From: Sulfurospirillaceae bacterium
GTDB lineage: Bacteria; Campylobacterota; Campylobacteria; Campylobacterales; Sulfurospirillaceae
Direction: 5' to 3'
DNA length: 64,000 bases
NCBI GenBank assembly: GCA_033723415.1
Contig: JAWVXD010000008.1
Span: forward strand, 1 to 64,000
Below are positions 62,597 to 64,000 of the stretch, piece after piece. The translations under genes were made by a program, and so were the position numbers. How positions within the stretch are numbered: the first letter of the stretch is position 1; each line of letters opens with the position of its first letter. The notes beneath the pieces are model-generated. The model was given only the letters and a program-made list of their open reading frames with translations, did not search any database and had not been told where the DNA came from.

Positions 62597-63637
62597 TTAT
62601 GCTACTTTAATGCAATTTCTTCCATCGTTTTTTGCATTGTAAAGTGCTTCATCGGCTCTTGCGACAATCATAGAATTAGTATCATCTTTTTGATAGATTG
62701 TAACTCCTATGCTAACGCTTTTCTTTCCCACTTTCTTAAAAGTATGCGCTTCCACTTTAGAGCGAATTTCTTCAGCCAGAGTTAATATCCCCGAAAGATC
62801 AGTTTCTAAGCAGATCAAAGCAAATTCTTCGCCTCCCCAACGTACCAGAATATCAGTTGAACGGATATCCTCTTGAATTAAGTTGGCAATTTCTACTAAA
62901 AAACTATCACCTATGTTATGTCCAAAATCGTCGTTGACTGATTTAAAGTGGTCAACATCAATTATCGCAAGACCAAAAGTATGATTGAATCTTTGACTAC
63001 GAGATATCTCATTGGATAAGACTTCATCAAATTTTGTACGATTATAAAGTCCAGTAAGTTTATCTGTCATAGCTAATTTTGCAAGAGTCTCTTTATTCAT
63101 AAAAATCCTTTTACTAGACTCTTCTAGTAAATAAGCACCTAGAGAACCAAAGGAAGCAGCACTAAAAATCCAAAACATATGCATCAAGAATTCTTTTTCT
63201 GAAAGATATAAAATTGCAAAAGAAGATATAATAATAACTATAGTTGCACTAATCATGGCATGGAAAAGTTTCAATCCTGAAACAGTAAAAATCCAAAAGA
63301 TACATAAGTATATTTCTGGTAAATAAAGATTTATATTGGAAAGTTTAGGAAGGATAATCAAATTTCCAATTGCAGCTACTGCAGGTGCAAAAATTAATAT
63401 ATAGATCATAATAGAATGGTATTTTTTAAAGAAAGTTAATACTGCGATGATAAGCAAAATCGGTACAATAATATAAAGATGAATAAAATGTGCTAAAGGT
63501 AAAGAGTTCTCAGGAACAATAATCACATCTATCTCTGAATAGATATAATATAAAAAAGCCGTTAGTGTTGCAATATAACGAATTTGAATAATTCGTGAAG
63601 ATTGTATCCATTCATTGAATTTTAAAGTATTAAACAC
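62597..63637 (-). CDS. Membrane-anchored diguanylate cyclase
   Basis: About 6 TM helices, DKLTGLYNR, DVDHFKSVND, RxxD I-site (RSTD) and intact GGEEF. Confidence 0.92.
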   Translation of the reverse strand: MFNTLKFNEWIQSSRIIQIRYIATLTAFLYYIYSEIDVIIVPENSLPLAHFIHLYIIVPILLIIAVLTFFKKYHSIMIYILIFAPAVAAIGNLIILPKLSNINLYLPEIYLCIFWIFTVSGLKLFHAMISATIVIIISSFAILYLSEKEFLMHMFWIFSAASFGSLGAYLLEESSKRIFMNKETLAKLAMTDKLTGLYNRTKFDEVLSNEISRSQRFNHTFGLAIIDVDHFKSVNDDFGHNIGDSFLVEIANLIQEDIRSTDILVRWGGEEFALICLETDLSGILTLAEEIRSKVEAHTFKKVGKKSVSIGVTIYQKDDTNSMIVARADEALYNAKNDGRNCIKVA

Positions 63638-63801
63638 TTTTATTATCCTTTTATTTTAAAAATTATTTAATAATATATCTAAAAAAGATATAATTAAGAA
63701 ATAGATTTTGCTTAAATTTAGAAAATTTTATCGATTTTAATACTAAACAGTAGCATATATTTATTTATGTAATTTAGTTAAAGTATGTTATTATAACATC
63801 T

Positions 63802-64000
63802 ATGCATTTAATCACAATAACAAATTTACTTTTTATGTTTATTCCTATTATTATTGTCGGTTATATCTATTTTTTGTGGACTAAAAATATCAAAGAGATA
63901 GGTTTAGCGACATTTAGGATGATAACTCAACTCCTGATCATAGGTTATTGTCTCACTTTTATTTTCAGTAGCAGCAATTTTATTTTTGGTTTTATTATAG
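63802..64000 (+). CDS. FetB/UPF0014-type ABC permease, N-terminal part (runs off window)
   Basis: MHLITITNLLFMFIPIIIV...ATFRMITQLLIIGYCLTFIF; R..xQLL.IGY.L motif. Confidence 0.7.
   Translation, partial: MHLITITNLLFMFIPIIIVGYIYFLWTKNIKEIGLATFRMITQLLIIGYCLTFIFSSSNFIFGFII

Noticed and set aside
1..64000. CRISPR arrays, IS elements, prophage, rRNA, selenocysteine read-through
   Set aside because: No regularly spaced repeats, transposase or phage ORFs, rRNA motifs or interrupted redox genes were seen by eye.

Overview
AT-rich core-chromosome segment of a flagellated Campylobacterota bacterium. Gene content and order look Sulfurospirillum-like, which is an inference. It holds about 65 CDS. Flagellar genes: flaG-fliD-fliS, flgI-J-M-N-K, fliP, flgL and flgF/flgG, with recognisable sigma54 and sigma28 promoters. 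Transport and signalling: a pstSCAB-phoU-phoBR block with a Pho-box-like site, proVWX, two chemoreceptors, a K+ channel with a separate RCK gene and a GGDEF protein. Housekeeping: truD, truA, rsmD, atpB, gatB, gpsA, uppS, coaBC, glmU, hup, ftsK, acnB, hemL and rpoD. RNA genes: RNase P RNA and tRNA-Leu(CAA). I saw no integrase, transposase, prophage or CRISPR array. The most notable signals lie below the ORF-track threshold. (1) Two tandem, mutually similar micropeptide ORFs (motif SExxL[YF]xNxFxxxGE) are chained by Shine-Dalgarno sites directly into truD. (2) A 53-codon motA'::'motB deletion scar lies between glmU and fliP. (3) Four genes appear to start at ATC, ATA or ATT codons behind good SD sites. 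(4) A SdhB-like/HdrB-like gene pair that has lost its cluster-binding cysteines sits next to a superoxide-reductase-like gene. (5) The exported flagellar proteins are strongly depleted in Glu. All calls come from reading the sequence by eye; no searches were run.
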